Assembly: GCA_002441565.1 (NCBI GenBank)
Contig: DJWM01000002.1
Span: forward strand, 31,728 to 95,727
Length of the DNA: 64,000 nt
Origin: Candidatus Dependentiae bacterium UBA6230
GTDB lineage: Bacteria; Babelota; Babeliae; Babelales; Vermiphilaceae
Direction: 5' to 3'
Shown here: positions 9,388 to 17,317 of the stretch, piece after piece
Numbering within the stretch: position 1 is the first letter of the stretch
Layout: the number at the start of each line of letters is the position of its first letter
The notes under the pieces: model-generated
Told to the model about the DNA's origin: nothing
The model's input: the letters and a program-made list of their open reading frames with translations, nothing else
Database searches by the model: none
Made by a program: the position numbers and the translations under genes

Positions 9388-10295
9388 ATATTGGAATCAT
9401 TGGCTTAGGAGTTATGGGCAGTGCCATTGCTCATAGGGCGATAAAAGCAGGTTTTGATGTTGTAGGATTTGATACGCATATTGAACACGCACGGCGTGCA
9501 CGGATGATGGGGGTAAACATTGTGGAATATGCGCCGCTTGTTGCCGGCAACGCACGAATTATTTGGTTAATGTTACCGGCAGGGCCCGTAGTTGATCAGG
9601 TAATTCAAGAATTGCGGCCAATGTTACATGCAGGCGATATTATTATCGATGGTGGCAATAGTTTTTTTCAGGATTCTGTACGTCGTTATCAAACATTACA
9701 AAAAGATGAAATCTTTTTTGTTGATTGTGGTACGTCTGGCGGATTACATGGCAGAGATAATGGCTTTTGTTTGATGGTTGGAGGTGATTTTCAGATCTTC
9801 GAACGATTAGAACCGCTTTTAAAAGCTATAGCTGCGCCAGATGGGTATGCGTATGTTGGTCCATCCGGTGCAGGTCATTACGTTAAAATGGTACATAATG
9901 GAATAGAGTATGCGCTTATGCAGGCATATGCCGAAGGCTTTCATCTTCTTAAGGATGGCTATTATGCGGATCTTGATCTTGCAGCGATTGCGCGTGTGTG
10001 GGAGCATGGCTCTATTGTCCGATCTTGGTTGCTACAATTACTGCGTGAAGTCATGCAAGAAGATCAGGATTTGCATGAAATTTCTGGTCGTGTTGATCAG
10101 GGTGGCACGGGAAGATGGACGGCACAAGAAGCGCATGCACGCAATGTTCCTATGCCGTGTCTCGAACGAGCTCTTGCTGTGCGTAGTTGGTCACATAAAA
10201 CAACCGGCAATTATACTACTAAACTTGTAGCACTTATGCGTAATAAATTTGGTGGACATCGTGTGTATAAAAGAAGTGAAGATATTCCTGTATGA
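9384..10295 (+). CDS. gnd: 6-phosphogluconate dehydrogenase, decarboxylating, short (about 300 aa) form
   Basis: MNIGIIGLGVMGSAIA Rossmann start and the GAGHYVKMVHNGIEYALMQ signature. Its start ATG overlaps the zwf stop as ATGA (9384-9387). Confidence 0.88.
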   Translation: MNIGIIGLGVMGSAIAHRAIKAGFDVVGFDTHIEHARRARMMGVNIVEYAPLVAGNARIIWLMLPAGPVVDQVIQELRPMLHAGDIIIDGGNSFFQDSVRRYQTLQKDEIFFVDCGTSGGLHGRDNGFCLMVGGDFQIFERLEPLLKAIAAPDGYAYVGPSGAGHYVKMVHNGIEYALMQAYAEGFHLLKDGYYADLDLAAIARVWEHGSIVRSWLLQLLREVMQEDQDLHEISGRVDQGGTGRWTAQEAHARNVPMPCLERALAVRSWSHKTTGNYTTKLVALMRNKFGGHRVYKRSEDIPV

Positions 10296-10912
10296 AAAAT
10301 TATATCGATATCAGTTGGCCGATACGTGCCGACATGGTTCAGTACAAAGATGTGCCAGTCTTAAATGTTACACAAACTAAAAATTTTGCTGATCACGGCA
10401 TGTTTCAATCTGAAGTGTGCTTGAGTTCGCACACAGGAACTCATATTGATGCACCATTTCATGTTCTACCAGATGGTCAACGAAGTGAAAGTTTGCAAGT
10501 GATCATCGGAGCAGCATGTAAAGTGCTTGACTGTACGAACGTGCAGCAAGCAATTTCTGCTGATGATTTGCGCATGCATGCTATAGAAGCAGGTGATATC
10601 ATTCTACTTAAAACAAGTAACAGTTTTTTACCGGCAACAGGATCTTTTGAGTATCAATTTGTGTATTTAGCCGCGAATGGTGCTGAATATTTAGCATCTA
10701 AACAGGTAAAAGTGGTTGGGATTGATTATCTTGGTCTTGAGCGTGAACAACCTGGACATCCTTCACATAAAGTATTATTAAGTCAGGGTATTGCGGTTAT
10801 AGAAGGCTTGCGCCTTGAACATGCGCAACCCAGCGAACGTTATATGTTGTTTTGTTTTCCGTTGCATGTGGTCGGACTTGAAGCAGTTCCTGCTCGTGTG
10901 ATATTAAAGTAA
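10292..10912 (+). CDS. cyclase-family metal hydrolase (kynurenine formamidase / putative cyclase fold)
   Basis: HTGTHIDAPFH matches the HxGTHxDxPxH motif of the putative-cyclase family. Its start overlaps the gnd stop as ATGA (10292-10295). Confidence 0.75.
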   Translation: MKNYIDISWPIRADMVQYKDVPVLNVTQTKNFADHGMFQSEVCLSSHTGTHIDAPFHVLPDGQRSESLQVIIGAACKVLDCTNVQQAISADDLRMHAIEAGDIILLKTSNSFLPATGSFEYQFVYLAANGAEYLASKQVKVVGIDYLGLEREQPGHPSHKVLLSQGIAVIEGLRLEHAQPSERYMLFCFPLHVVGLEAVPARVILK

Positions 10913-10918
10913 CTGTTC

Positions 10919-10964
10919 GGCCTACACTCAGAAGAAGCGGTTTCTTTATCTGAGCATAGGCCGA
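10919..10964. terminator. hairpin between convergent genes (possible bidirectional terminator)
   Basis: CGGCCTAcaCTCAGA (10919-10933) pairs with TCTGAGcaTAGGCCG (10950-10964), leaving a 2-nt internal mismatch. No strong U-tract follows. Confidence 0.4.
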
Positions 10965-10987
10965 TCATCCAATAATCGATAGATTAC

Positions 10988-11500
10988 TTATTTTTTGAGC
11001 TCAAGTGTGATGTCATCACCCGATCCCGTTATTGCTATGGAGTTAGAGTTTCCTAAGTCATCGAATTCTGTCAACTCAGCACCATCGCGTGATTTAATTA
11101 TGATGTTTCCACCGTCCTTAGCCAATCGGCGTCGCTCTCCCGGAGCGAGTGTTATAAGATCACCACGGCTATTTTCTATTACTAAAGTGCTTCCAATTCT
11201 ATTCCTGATCGTCCAGGTATCAGAAATAGTTGGTGCTGTTTGTACGTATGTCGTTGTGGTAGGTTCTACATAGACGGTACGCGTTGGACTGTAATATCCG
11301 CTACGCCAGCCTGGTCCACCCCAACCCCAACCACGTCTACCACCGCCGAATCCAAAACCAATTCCTATGCCCCCTCGGCCGCCTCGACCCCAACCACCTC
11401 GACCACCCCAGCCCCGTCGGGCTTCAAGGGTGATTGCTTGTGTTGCCATGATTCCTAGAAATCCTAAGGCGATAACTTTTTTAAGTGTTATCCAATTCAT
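10988..11500 (-). CDS. secreted low-complexity G/R/W-rich protein with a C-terminal beta-rich domain (paralog A)
   Basis: Signal peptide MNWITLKKVIALGFLGIMATQA, then RRGWGGRGGWGRGGRGGIGIGFGFGGGRRGWGWGGPGWRSGYY, a T-rich linker and a roughly 85-aa domain starting WTIRNRIGSTLVI. No family recognised. Confidence 0.7.
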   Translation of the reverse strand: MNWITLKKVIALGFLGIMATQAITLEARRGWGGRGGWGRGGRGGIGIGFGFGGGRRGWGWGGPGWRSGYYSPTRTVYVEPTTTTYVQTAPTISDTWTIRNRIGSTLVIENSRGDLITLAPGERRRLAKDGGNIIIKSRDGAELTEFDDLGNSNSIAITGSGDDITLELKK

Positions 11501-11512
11501 AATCTCTCCTTT

Positions 11513-12076
11513 CTATTGATTCCATGTTTCAATTTCTATGGTGCCAACTTCAGCATCGCGAACGATGTTAACGTGATGATCGCGAACATCCTTGAAGGCC
11601 ATGCTTGCACCATCTGCAGTTGTAACTGTTAGATTAAAATTCTCGTCGCGGTACAATTTTCTGGATTCTTTACCAGCCGGAAGTTTGAGAGCACTGGTAT
11701 CACTTGCGATCGTGAGGTCTTGATCAGTTGCATTGGTGATTCGCCAGAAATTTTTTCCTTGGCGATCCGTTTTTTGAGCCGGTTCCTGTTGTCGTGTGGT
11801 GATGTATTCAACCTCTACCGGTTGCGTTGTTGGTTCTTGAGCTACATAAGTGGTGCGAGGATAGTAGCCGTATCCCCATGGCCGATAATAACTTCCCCAT
11901 GGTCCATATCTTCTTCCGTAATAGCCATAAGGCCCGGTGCCAACACCAAAAGATACGCCGCCACCTCTTCCCCCAACACCAAATCCGAACCCGATGTTCT
12001 GTGCATTTAAGGCAGGGGTAGTTGGCGCCAGTACTGCAGACAAACTGATAATTGCAAAAACTTTTCTTATAGTCAT
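11513..12076 (-). CDS. secreted low-complexity G/Y/R/W-rich protein with a C-terminal beta-rich domain (paralog B)
   Basis: Signal peptide MTIRKVFAIISLSAVLA, then GFGFGVGGRGGGVSFGVGTGPYGYYGRRYGPWGSYYRPWGYGYYPR, a T/Q/E linker and a domain starting FWRITNATDQDLTI. The architecture matches the adjacent gene. Confidence 0.7.
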   Translation of the reverse strand: MTIRKVFAIISLSAVLAPTTPALNAQNIGFGFGVGGRGGGVSFGVGTGPYGYYGRRYGPWGSYYRPWGYGYYPRTTYVAQEPTTQPVEVEYITTRQQEPAQKTDRQGKNFWRITNATDQDLTIASDTSALKLPAGKESRKLYRDENFNLTVTTADGASMAFKDVRDHHVNIVRDAEVGTIEIETWNQ

Positions 12077-12163
12077 GTTTATCTCCCATAAATTCTGTAT
12101 CTTAGCATCTTTTTTCTATTCTCAGCGTAGCACTGTAGTTTTCAGTTTGTAAATAATTTGATG

Positions 12164-12212
12164 CAAAAAAGAGCGGAAATAAGGGTTTTTTAATAACCCT
12201 AAGGTTTCCGCT
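12164..12212 (-). terminator. rho-independent terminator downstream of the DJ-1/PfpI gene
   Basis: AGCGGAAA (12172-12179) pairs with TTTCCGCT (12205-12212), with an inner AAGGGTT/AACCCT(A)A stem. The plus-strand A6 run at 12165-12170 reads as a U-tract on the minus strand. Confidence 0.6.
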
Positions 12213-12282
12213 TGCTACTTATTTGGTTGGAATGTTTAGAGCGTATGGTAATACATGAAGACAAGATATAGATGTATGGTAT

Positions 12283-12810
12283 TCACGAGGCCTTGAGTAC
12301 GCGAACAATTTCTTGCCCAAATGCTTGTGCAGTGTCAGGACCGGTTGCAGTAACAACTTTTTGATCAGATACGACTGGCTGTTGTAGATAATAAACACCA
12401 TATTCTTGGTAGATGTCAGCCAATTTCCCATCACCATCCCATCCGGTTGCACTGATACGTTTTAGTACATTGGCATGAGCTAAAATACGTGTTGCTATGC
12501 AAATTGCTCCGATGAGGACTCCAAGTTTATGTGCTTGTTGTATGATGCCATAGCTTATTGGATTATCGAGACACTCTAAAGCTCCCGGTCCACCAATAAA
12601 GAATATGCCTTGATAATCGTTTGGCTTAACCATGTCTAGGGTAAGGTCTACCGATGTTGTTGACTCATCCTTTGCGCGCGCAGTACCAGTGCGATCGCTT
12701 GCAGTCACCACGTGAAAGCCAGCAGACCCAAGAATCTTTTTGGGAGTGCGATATTCAATGTGCTGAAAACCTTCATGTGCGATAACTAATAGAATCTTGT
12801 GGTGTTGCAT
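12283..12810 (-). CDS. DJ-1/PfpI family protein
   Basis: KILLVIAHEGFQHIEY, FFIGGPGA and the nucleophile-elbow-like IGAICIATRIL. ATG at 12810 is preceded by GAGGAGAAAAAT. The longer ORF-track start at 12936 overlaps the upstream gene. Confidence 0.75.
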   Translation of the reverse strand: MQHHKILLVIAHEGFQHIEYRTPKKILGSAGFHVVTASDRTGTARAKDESTTSVDLTLDMVKPNDYQGIFFIGGPGALECLDNPISYGIIQQAHKLGVLIGAICIATRILAHANVLKRISATGWDGDGKLADIYQEYGVYYLQQPVVSDQKVVTATGPDTAQAFGQEIVRVLKAS

Positions 12811-13789
12811 ATTTTTCTCCTCGTTTTTTAGGCGTACCCAGATAGTGCGCAGCATAGTGGGTGGCGAGTGCGGTGTCAACGCATGGTTTGTTAAGGAGAA
12901 CTGAAGGCATGACTGTTGCGAATATGGTTGCGGCATTGCTTTTTAGCCGATGAATTTTCGTGTGTTCTTGTTTACATAGGTGCTTAAGACGCATAAAGGT
13001 TCGCGACAAGGTTTTTGAGTTAGCGGGCTGCTTTTCCCAGAATGGAATGTAGAGGTGATGGATTGTAGCCTGGCCGATAAGATGATGAAGCGCTTTAAGC
13101 GTACGCACCGTAGGACGCATGATGATGTAGTGATCTATGTTCATGGATCCAGTTGTTTTGATTATGGTGGGGAGTAACGTGTAATCAATCCAGTTGATGG
13201 GATCATTAAGTCGAGCACTGTGTCCTGGATCAATCAACCATGTTGTTTCGTGTGCTCGGATTAAGGTAACGTATCCCCTGGAGCAAGGAATTGTGCGCAG
13301 CACGGTGTCAGAGATGTGTGCCAATTTAAGATACAAGCATGAGCCGAATAATAGGCCACTGAGTAGGATGACACTATGTATTCGTGATGTGGCGTATTTT
13401 ACGCTCATAACAGCTCCTGTGAGTACCAAAAAACACCACCACCAGGGTGGTTGTGGAAGCGCAATGAGCCAACTCTTGTACGAATTACCCAGAAGCCACA
13501 GCCAGGAAGCACTGAGCAGATCGAGTAGCTTGACGAGCACCATATTAGGGATACCGCAGAGTGCGGTGATGACCACCAGTGAGCTCAGCAATAAAAAACC
13601 GCTTAAAAAGGGTGTAAAAATGATGTTGCCAATGAGGGTAAACCAGGACGTTGGAACGCCCCAGTTAGTAAGTATCGGCAATGATACTATGGTGACAAAC
13701 AGTTGTATCTGTACTACGCGGATAAGCCACCGTGTAGCGGTATGGTATACACGAGTAATTTTTTTATGGGATAGCATGTATACCAGCAT
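12773..13789 (-). CDS. ComEC/Rec2-like membrane protein, short form with a degenerate metallo-beta-lactamase region
   Basis: The competence-domain-like membrane core reads VQIQLFVTIVSLPILTNWGVPTSWFTLIGNIIFTPFLSGFLLL. The downstream region (WLIDPGHS ... IDHYIIMRPTV) sits where ComEC has its MBL HxHxDH motif, but the metal ligands are not preserved. At 338 aa it is far shorter than typical ComEC. Confidence 0.45.
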   Translation of the reverse strand: MLVYMLSHKKITRVYHTATRWLIRVVQIQLFVTIVSLPILTNWGVPTSWFTLIGNIIFTPFLSGFLLLSSLVVITALCGIPNMVLVKLLDLLSASWLWLLGNSYKSWLIALPQPPWWWCFLVLTGAVMSVKYATSRIHSVILLSGLLFGSCLYLKLAHISDTVLRTIPCSRGYVTLIRAHETTWLIDPGHSARLNDPINWIDYTLLPTIIKTTGSMNIDHYIIMRPTVRTLKALHHLIGQATIHHLYIPFWEKQPANSKTLSRTFMRLKHLCKQEHTKIHRLKSNAATIFATVMPSVLLNKPCVDTALATHYAAHYLGTPKKRGEKYATPQDSISYRT

Positions 13790-13923
13790 AATTAAATTAC
13801 TGTTTTTGTCATGAGTAAATTATGTTTTTGTATAAAAATGCAGTCTTGATTTTATTTTGTGCGGTGTGCTACGTTAAACAGTAAGACAATAGGATGGTAA
13901 TAATGTGCTTAAGGAGTAGTTTT

Positions 13924-14136
13924 ATGCGTTATGAAAAAGACCATCAAGACCATGATCCGAAATTAATGAAGAATCGTGGAAGAACCCGTGTGCGGCAGGC
14001 GTGGCAAAGTTTGTATGATTCCACCAAAAGAAAAATGTCACGTGGTGCGCAGTTTATTGCTCGCATGATTCCTTGGGCGCGCAATGAAAATTGGCGGGGT
14101 GCGGCTGGTCACTCTGCTGACAAGAAAAAGAAATAG
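13924..14136 (+). CDS. small basic hypothetical protein (70 aa)
   Basis: AAGGAG lies 7 nt upstream of ATG 13924, and the ORF is followed directly by a hairpin plus T-run. The sequence is lysine/arginine rich. No family recognised. Confidence 0.45.
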   Translation: MRYEKDHQDHDPKLMKNRGRTRVRQAWQSLYDSTKRKMSRGAQFIARMIPWARNENWRGAAGHSADKKKK

Positions 14137-14163
14137 ACGCCAAACGTTGCGTCTTAGTTTTTT
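14135..14163 (+). terminator. rho-independent terminator candidate
   Basis: AGACGC (14135-14140) pairs with GCGTCT (14149-14154) and is followed by TAGTTTTTT. Confidence 0.45.
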
Positions 14164-14222
14164 AGTGTGGCATACTCCAGGAGATTATGCGGTTTGGCTA
14201 AAAAATAAGGATTATACGCGAC

Positions 14223-16085
14223 GTGAACGAATTGATGCGATTTCTTGAATACAAAGCATACAAACTTCGTGAATCTTCACTTATTATGACATCTCTTGCT
14301 GCTTCTGGTCATCCAACATCGTGTCTTTCTGCCGCAGATCTTGTTGCGGCTCTTTTTTTTACTACCATGAGCTATGATCCTCATAATCCTGACAATCCTG
14401 ACAATGATCGTTTTGTGCTTTCCAAAGGCCATGCATCGGCCTTACTCTATGCTGCGTACAAAGAGCTTGGCATATTCACTGATGCAGATTTAACGACCTA
14501 TCGCGATTTTGGTTCCACTCTTGAAGGCCACCCTACGCGACGATTTCCGTATGTACATGCTGCTACCGGTTCACTAGGAATAGGACTTTCTGTAGGGGTA
14601 GGCATGGCGCTTGCAGCAAAGCGTGATCAACGATTATATAAAACGTTTGTGTTACTTGGTGATGGCGAACTTGCTGAAGGTTCGATTTGGGAAGCCGCTG
14701 AAATTGCGCATCATTACAAGTTAGACAATCTTGTAGCCATAGTTGATATCAACGGTCTTGGACAGAGTACTGAAAGTATTCATGGGCACCATGTGCATCG
14801 TTATGAAGAAAAATTCAAAGCATTTGGTTGGCATACGCTGGTGATTGATGGGCATAACATGCAAAGCATTGTTGAGGCTTATGAAAAAGCAGTGCGTTAT
14901 GAAGGAAATCCCATCGTTATCATTGCAAAGACCATAAAAGGCTACGGGGTGATTCAGGCAGAAGATAAGCAAGGGTTTCACGGAAAAGCATTTCCAAAGG
15001 AGGAGCTTAATGAAGTTTTACAACAACTCTCAGCTCGCTTTGCTCAAGCACAAAAGTTCGAAGAAAAAAGCTATGTTTGGCGTGCGAAAATTCCTGCATC
15101 ATCAAGTAAACTACGAACACCAGAGTTTCCCCTTAGCTTACCTGATCCCCATTATAAAAAAGGGGATTCGATCGCTACCCGTGAAAGTTATGGCCAAGGG
15201 CTTGCAGCGCTAGGGCGAGTTTGTACGCAAGTAGTAGTGCTTGATGCAGAGGTGAAAAATTCTACGTATGCCGAACTTTTTGAACAAAAATTCCCCGATC
15301 GCTTTGTACAATGTTTTATTGCTGAGCAAAACATGATCGGTATGGCTCTTGGATTTGAGTCCTGCAAAAAGATACCGTTTGCATCAACATTTGGTGCGTT
15401 CATGAGCCGTGCGCATGATCAAATTCGCATGGCGGCAATCTCTCAAGCGGCATTAAGATTGTCTGGTTCGCATGCCGGAGTATCTATCGGTGAAGACGGT
15501 CCTTCGCAAATGGCGTTGGAAGATATTGCGATGATGCGGTGCTTGCCGGATTCGGTGGTGTTGTACCCCTGTGATGCCGTAAGCACCTATAAACTTGTTG
15601 CTGAAATGGCAAATTACACAGCAGGTATTAGTTATATACGTACCACGCGTCCAAAAACTCCAGTGATATATGATGTGTATGAAGAGTTTCCGATTGGTGG
15701 ATGTAAGATTTTGCGCCAAAGTGCAGATGATGTTGCATGCGTAGTTGCGGCAGGTATTACGGTTTTTGAAGCACTTAAGGCGTATGAATTGCTTCAGCAA
15801 GAAGGTATTAGCATAGCGGTTATTGATCTTTACAGTGTAAAGCCTTTAGATGTGGCAACACTGGTACTTTTAGGTAACAAGTCCGGCGGTATGTTGATAA
15901 CAGTTGAAGATCATTATGCACAGGGTGGCATTGGTGAGGCAGTAGCGATAGCTGTGTGCAATGAAAAAATTCACGTGGTAGCGCTCGCGGTATCACAACT
16001 ACCACGTTCAGGTTCTCCAGAAAAGCTAATGGCCTGGGCGCATATTGATGCCCAAGCCATTGTTAATTCAGTGAAAAATACGTAG
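14223..16085 (+). CDS. tkt: transketolase
   Basis: SGHPTSCLSAADL, DRFVLSKGHA, the GSLGIGLSVGVGMA / LLGDGELAEGSIWEA ThDP-binding region, and a C-terminal pyrimidine-binding/transketolase C domain in one 620-aa chain. Confidence 0.92.
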   Translation: MNELMRFLEYKAYKLRESSLIMTSLAASGHPTSCLSAADLVAALFFTTMSYDPHNPDNPDNDRFVLSKGHASALLYAAYKELGIFTDADLTTYRDFGSTLEGHPTRRFPYVHAATGSLGIGLSVGVGMALAAKRDQRLYKTFVLLGDGELAEGSIWEAAEIAHHYKLDNLVAIVDINGLGQSTESIHGHHVHRYEEKFKAFGWHTLVIDGHNMQSIVEAYEKAVRYEGNPIVIIAKTIKGYGVIQAEDKQGFHGKAFPKEELNEVLQQLSARFAQAQKFEEKSYVWRAKIPASSSKLRTPEFPLSLPDPHYKKGDSIATRESYGQGLAALGRVCTQVVVLDAEVKNSTYAELFEQKFPDRFVQCFIAEQNMIGMALGFESCKKIPFASTFGAFMSRAHDQIRMAAISQAALRLSGSHAGVSIGEDGPSQMALEDIAMMRCLPDSVVLYPCDAVSTYKLVAEMANYTAGISYIRTTRPKTPVIYDVYEEFPIGGCKILRQSADDVACVVAAGITVFEALKAYELLQQEGISIAVIDLYSVKPLDVATLVLLGNKSGGMLITVEDHYAQGGIGEAVAIAVCNEKIHVVALAVSQLPRSGSPEKLMAWAHIDAQAIVNSVKNT

Positions 16086-16142
16086 CGTCCAGTTTCGGTA
16101 TATTCTTGAAAACACCCCACTCAGTGCAGTTCTAATTGCTCA

Positions 16143-16838
16143 TTATTGATGATCAAGCAGATGTTCAAACGATCTTTTGATGTTACCCGAATATCGCCCA
16201 TCCAATAAGAGCATGTTAATGACAGCTTGGTAGTTTCTACGATGGGTCGCTAAATCGTTAAGAGGGTCTCGCCGCTCTTTGTTTTGAGATGCTTTATCTA
16301 GTGGAATTCTGCCTTTATGATCGCGAATATCAGATCGAGCACCATGCTTGAGTAAGAATTTGACTATTGATGGGCTGCATCTATCGAAACTTTCGCCTTT
16401 TGAGCAAGCATGGTGTAATGGTGTTTCTCCCTTATTATTCTGTAAGTCTATCAGCCATGGAGCATGGTCGAATAGGACTTCTGTTGTCTTGCCTCTTTCA
16501 AAGCACATAGCAGTCAAAAGTGGATTTTCACGGCAGGTTGACCATAACTTGGCGTGTTTTTTTACAAAATCGTTTTCAGGAATGCTGTCTAAATAGATCA
16601 TTTCGGAAATTATCTCGCAGGGTCTTTCACCATCTTGGGCTAAATCACGCTGAATACAGAGGGACCTAGAAAAAGGTTCACCGTAAAGAGGGTTAGAGCA
16701 AGAATATCGTTCATTCATTTCTAATCTAAAGCGGGGGCGGATGGTGCAGGACCAATTATTAGAAGAAGGGCCCTCCCAATAAGGACCTGAGGCAAGCTCG
16801 CCGCTATAAAGCGATTGCTGTATGCTCATTGAGCTCAT
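16143..16838 (-). CDS. ankyrin-repeat protein (no signal peptide)
   Basis: NKGETPLHHACSKGE...IVKFLLKHGARSDIRDHKGRIPLDKA are canonical ANK repeats. The N-terminal roughly 110 aa are unassigned. Confidence 0.8.
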   Translation of the reverse strand: MSSMSIQQSLYSGELASGPYWEGPSSNNWSCTIRPRFRLEMNERYSCSNPLYGEPFSRSLCIQRDLAQDGERPCEIISEMIYLDSIPENDFVKKHAKLWSTCRENPLLTAMCFERGKTTEVLFDHAPWLIDLQNNKGETPLHHACSKGESFDRCSPSIVKFLLKHGARSDIRDHKGRIPLDKASQNKERRDPLNDLATHRRNYQAVINMLLLDGRYSGNIKRSFEHLLDHQ

Positions 16839-17317
16839 GACAGTAAATTACCGCCAATAGGTATGGCGCACCGTTTTTTAACTTCATAATGACCTTATTG
16901 TTATTGATATTTGTTAATACAATTTTTCATTTAGTGCTATCAAGATAGGCGAAATTGATCCATTGTAAAGGACTTTTTATGCGAAAAAGTATGCGCTAAT
17001 ACTTGATTTTTTTTAGATCATCCTATGGCAACTTTTCTTTTTTTGTGCATTTCAGAGTTGAACCTAGGAAGGGTAACGGTAACAAAAGCGGCTAAAAAGA
17101 ACAATAGGTTGTTGACTAAGGTATAAATGATGGGTGGTTTAGTTGATGCCGATTCATACGTTGAAGAGAGTGTCTTTAATGCATGTTTCAGGAGGGTACG
17201 ACGAACAAAGAAAATTTCTATTTGAAATATTGACATCTGGAAGCTATTATCTTTATGCTGACTGATAGTGGAAAGTAGTAGTATATGACTTATTTTAGAT
17301 AGAGATGAGGAGTGGAC

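Noticed and set aside
10995-12152. Plus-strand ORFs (10995-11273, 11240-11458, 11720-12010, 11827-12021, 11937-12152) opposite the two glycine-rich genes, some with P/T-rich repeats.
   Set aside because: GGN-rich coding repeats automatically give open antisense frames (NCC codons for Pro, Thr, Ala and Ser). The minus-strand genes have signal peptides, proper starts and a shared domain architecture, and the plus-strand ones do not.
17018-17236. A 72-aa minus-strand ORF in the 470-nt gap between the first ANK gene and the LRR gene.
   Set aside because: It has no SD sequence and the hydrophobic, AT-rich composition typical of random ORFs in intergenic DNA. It has no recognisable motif. The gap is more likely a divergent promoter region.
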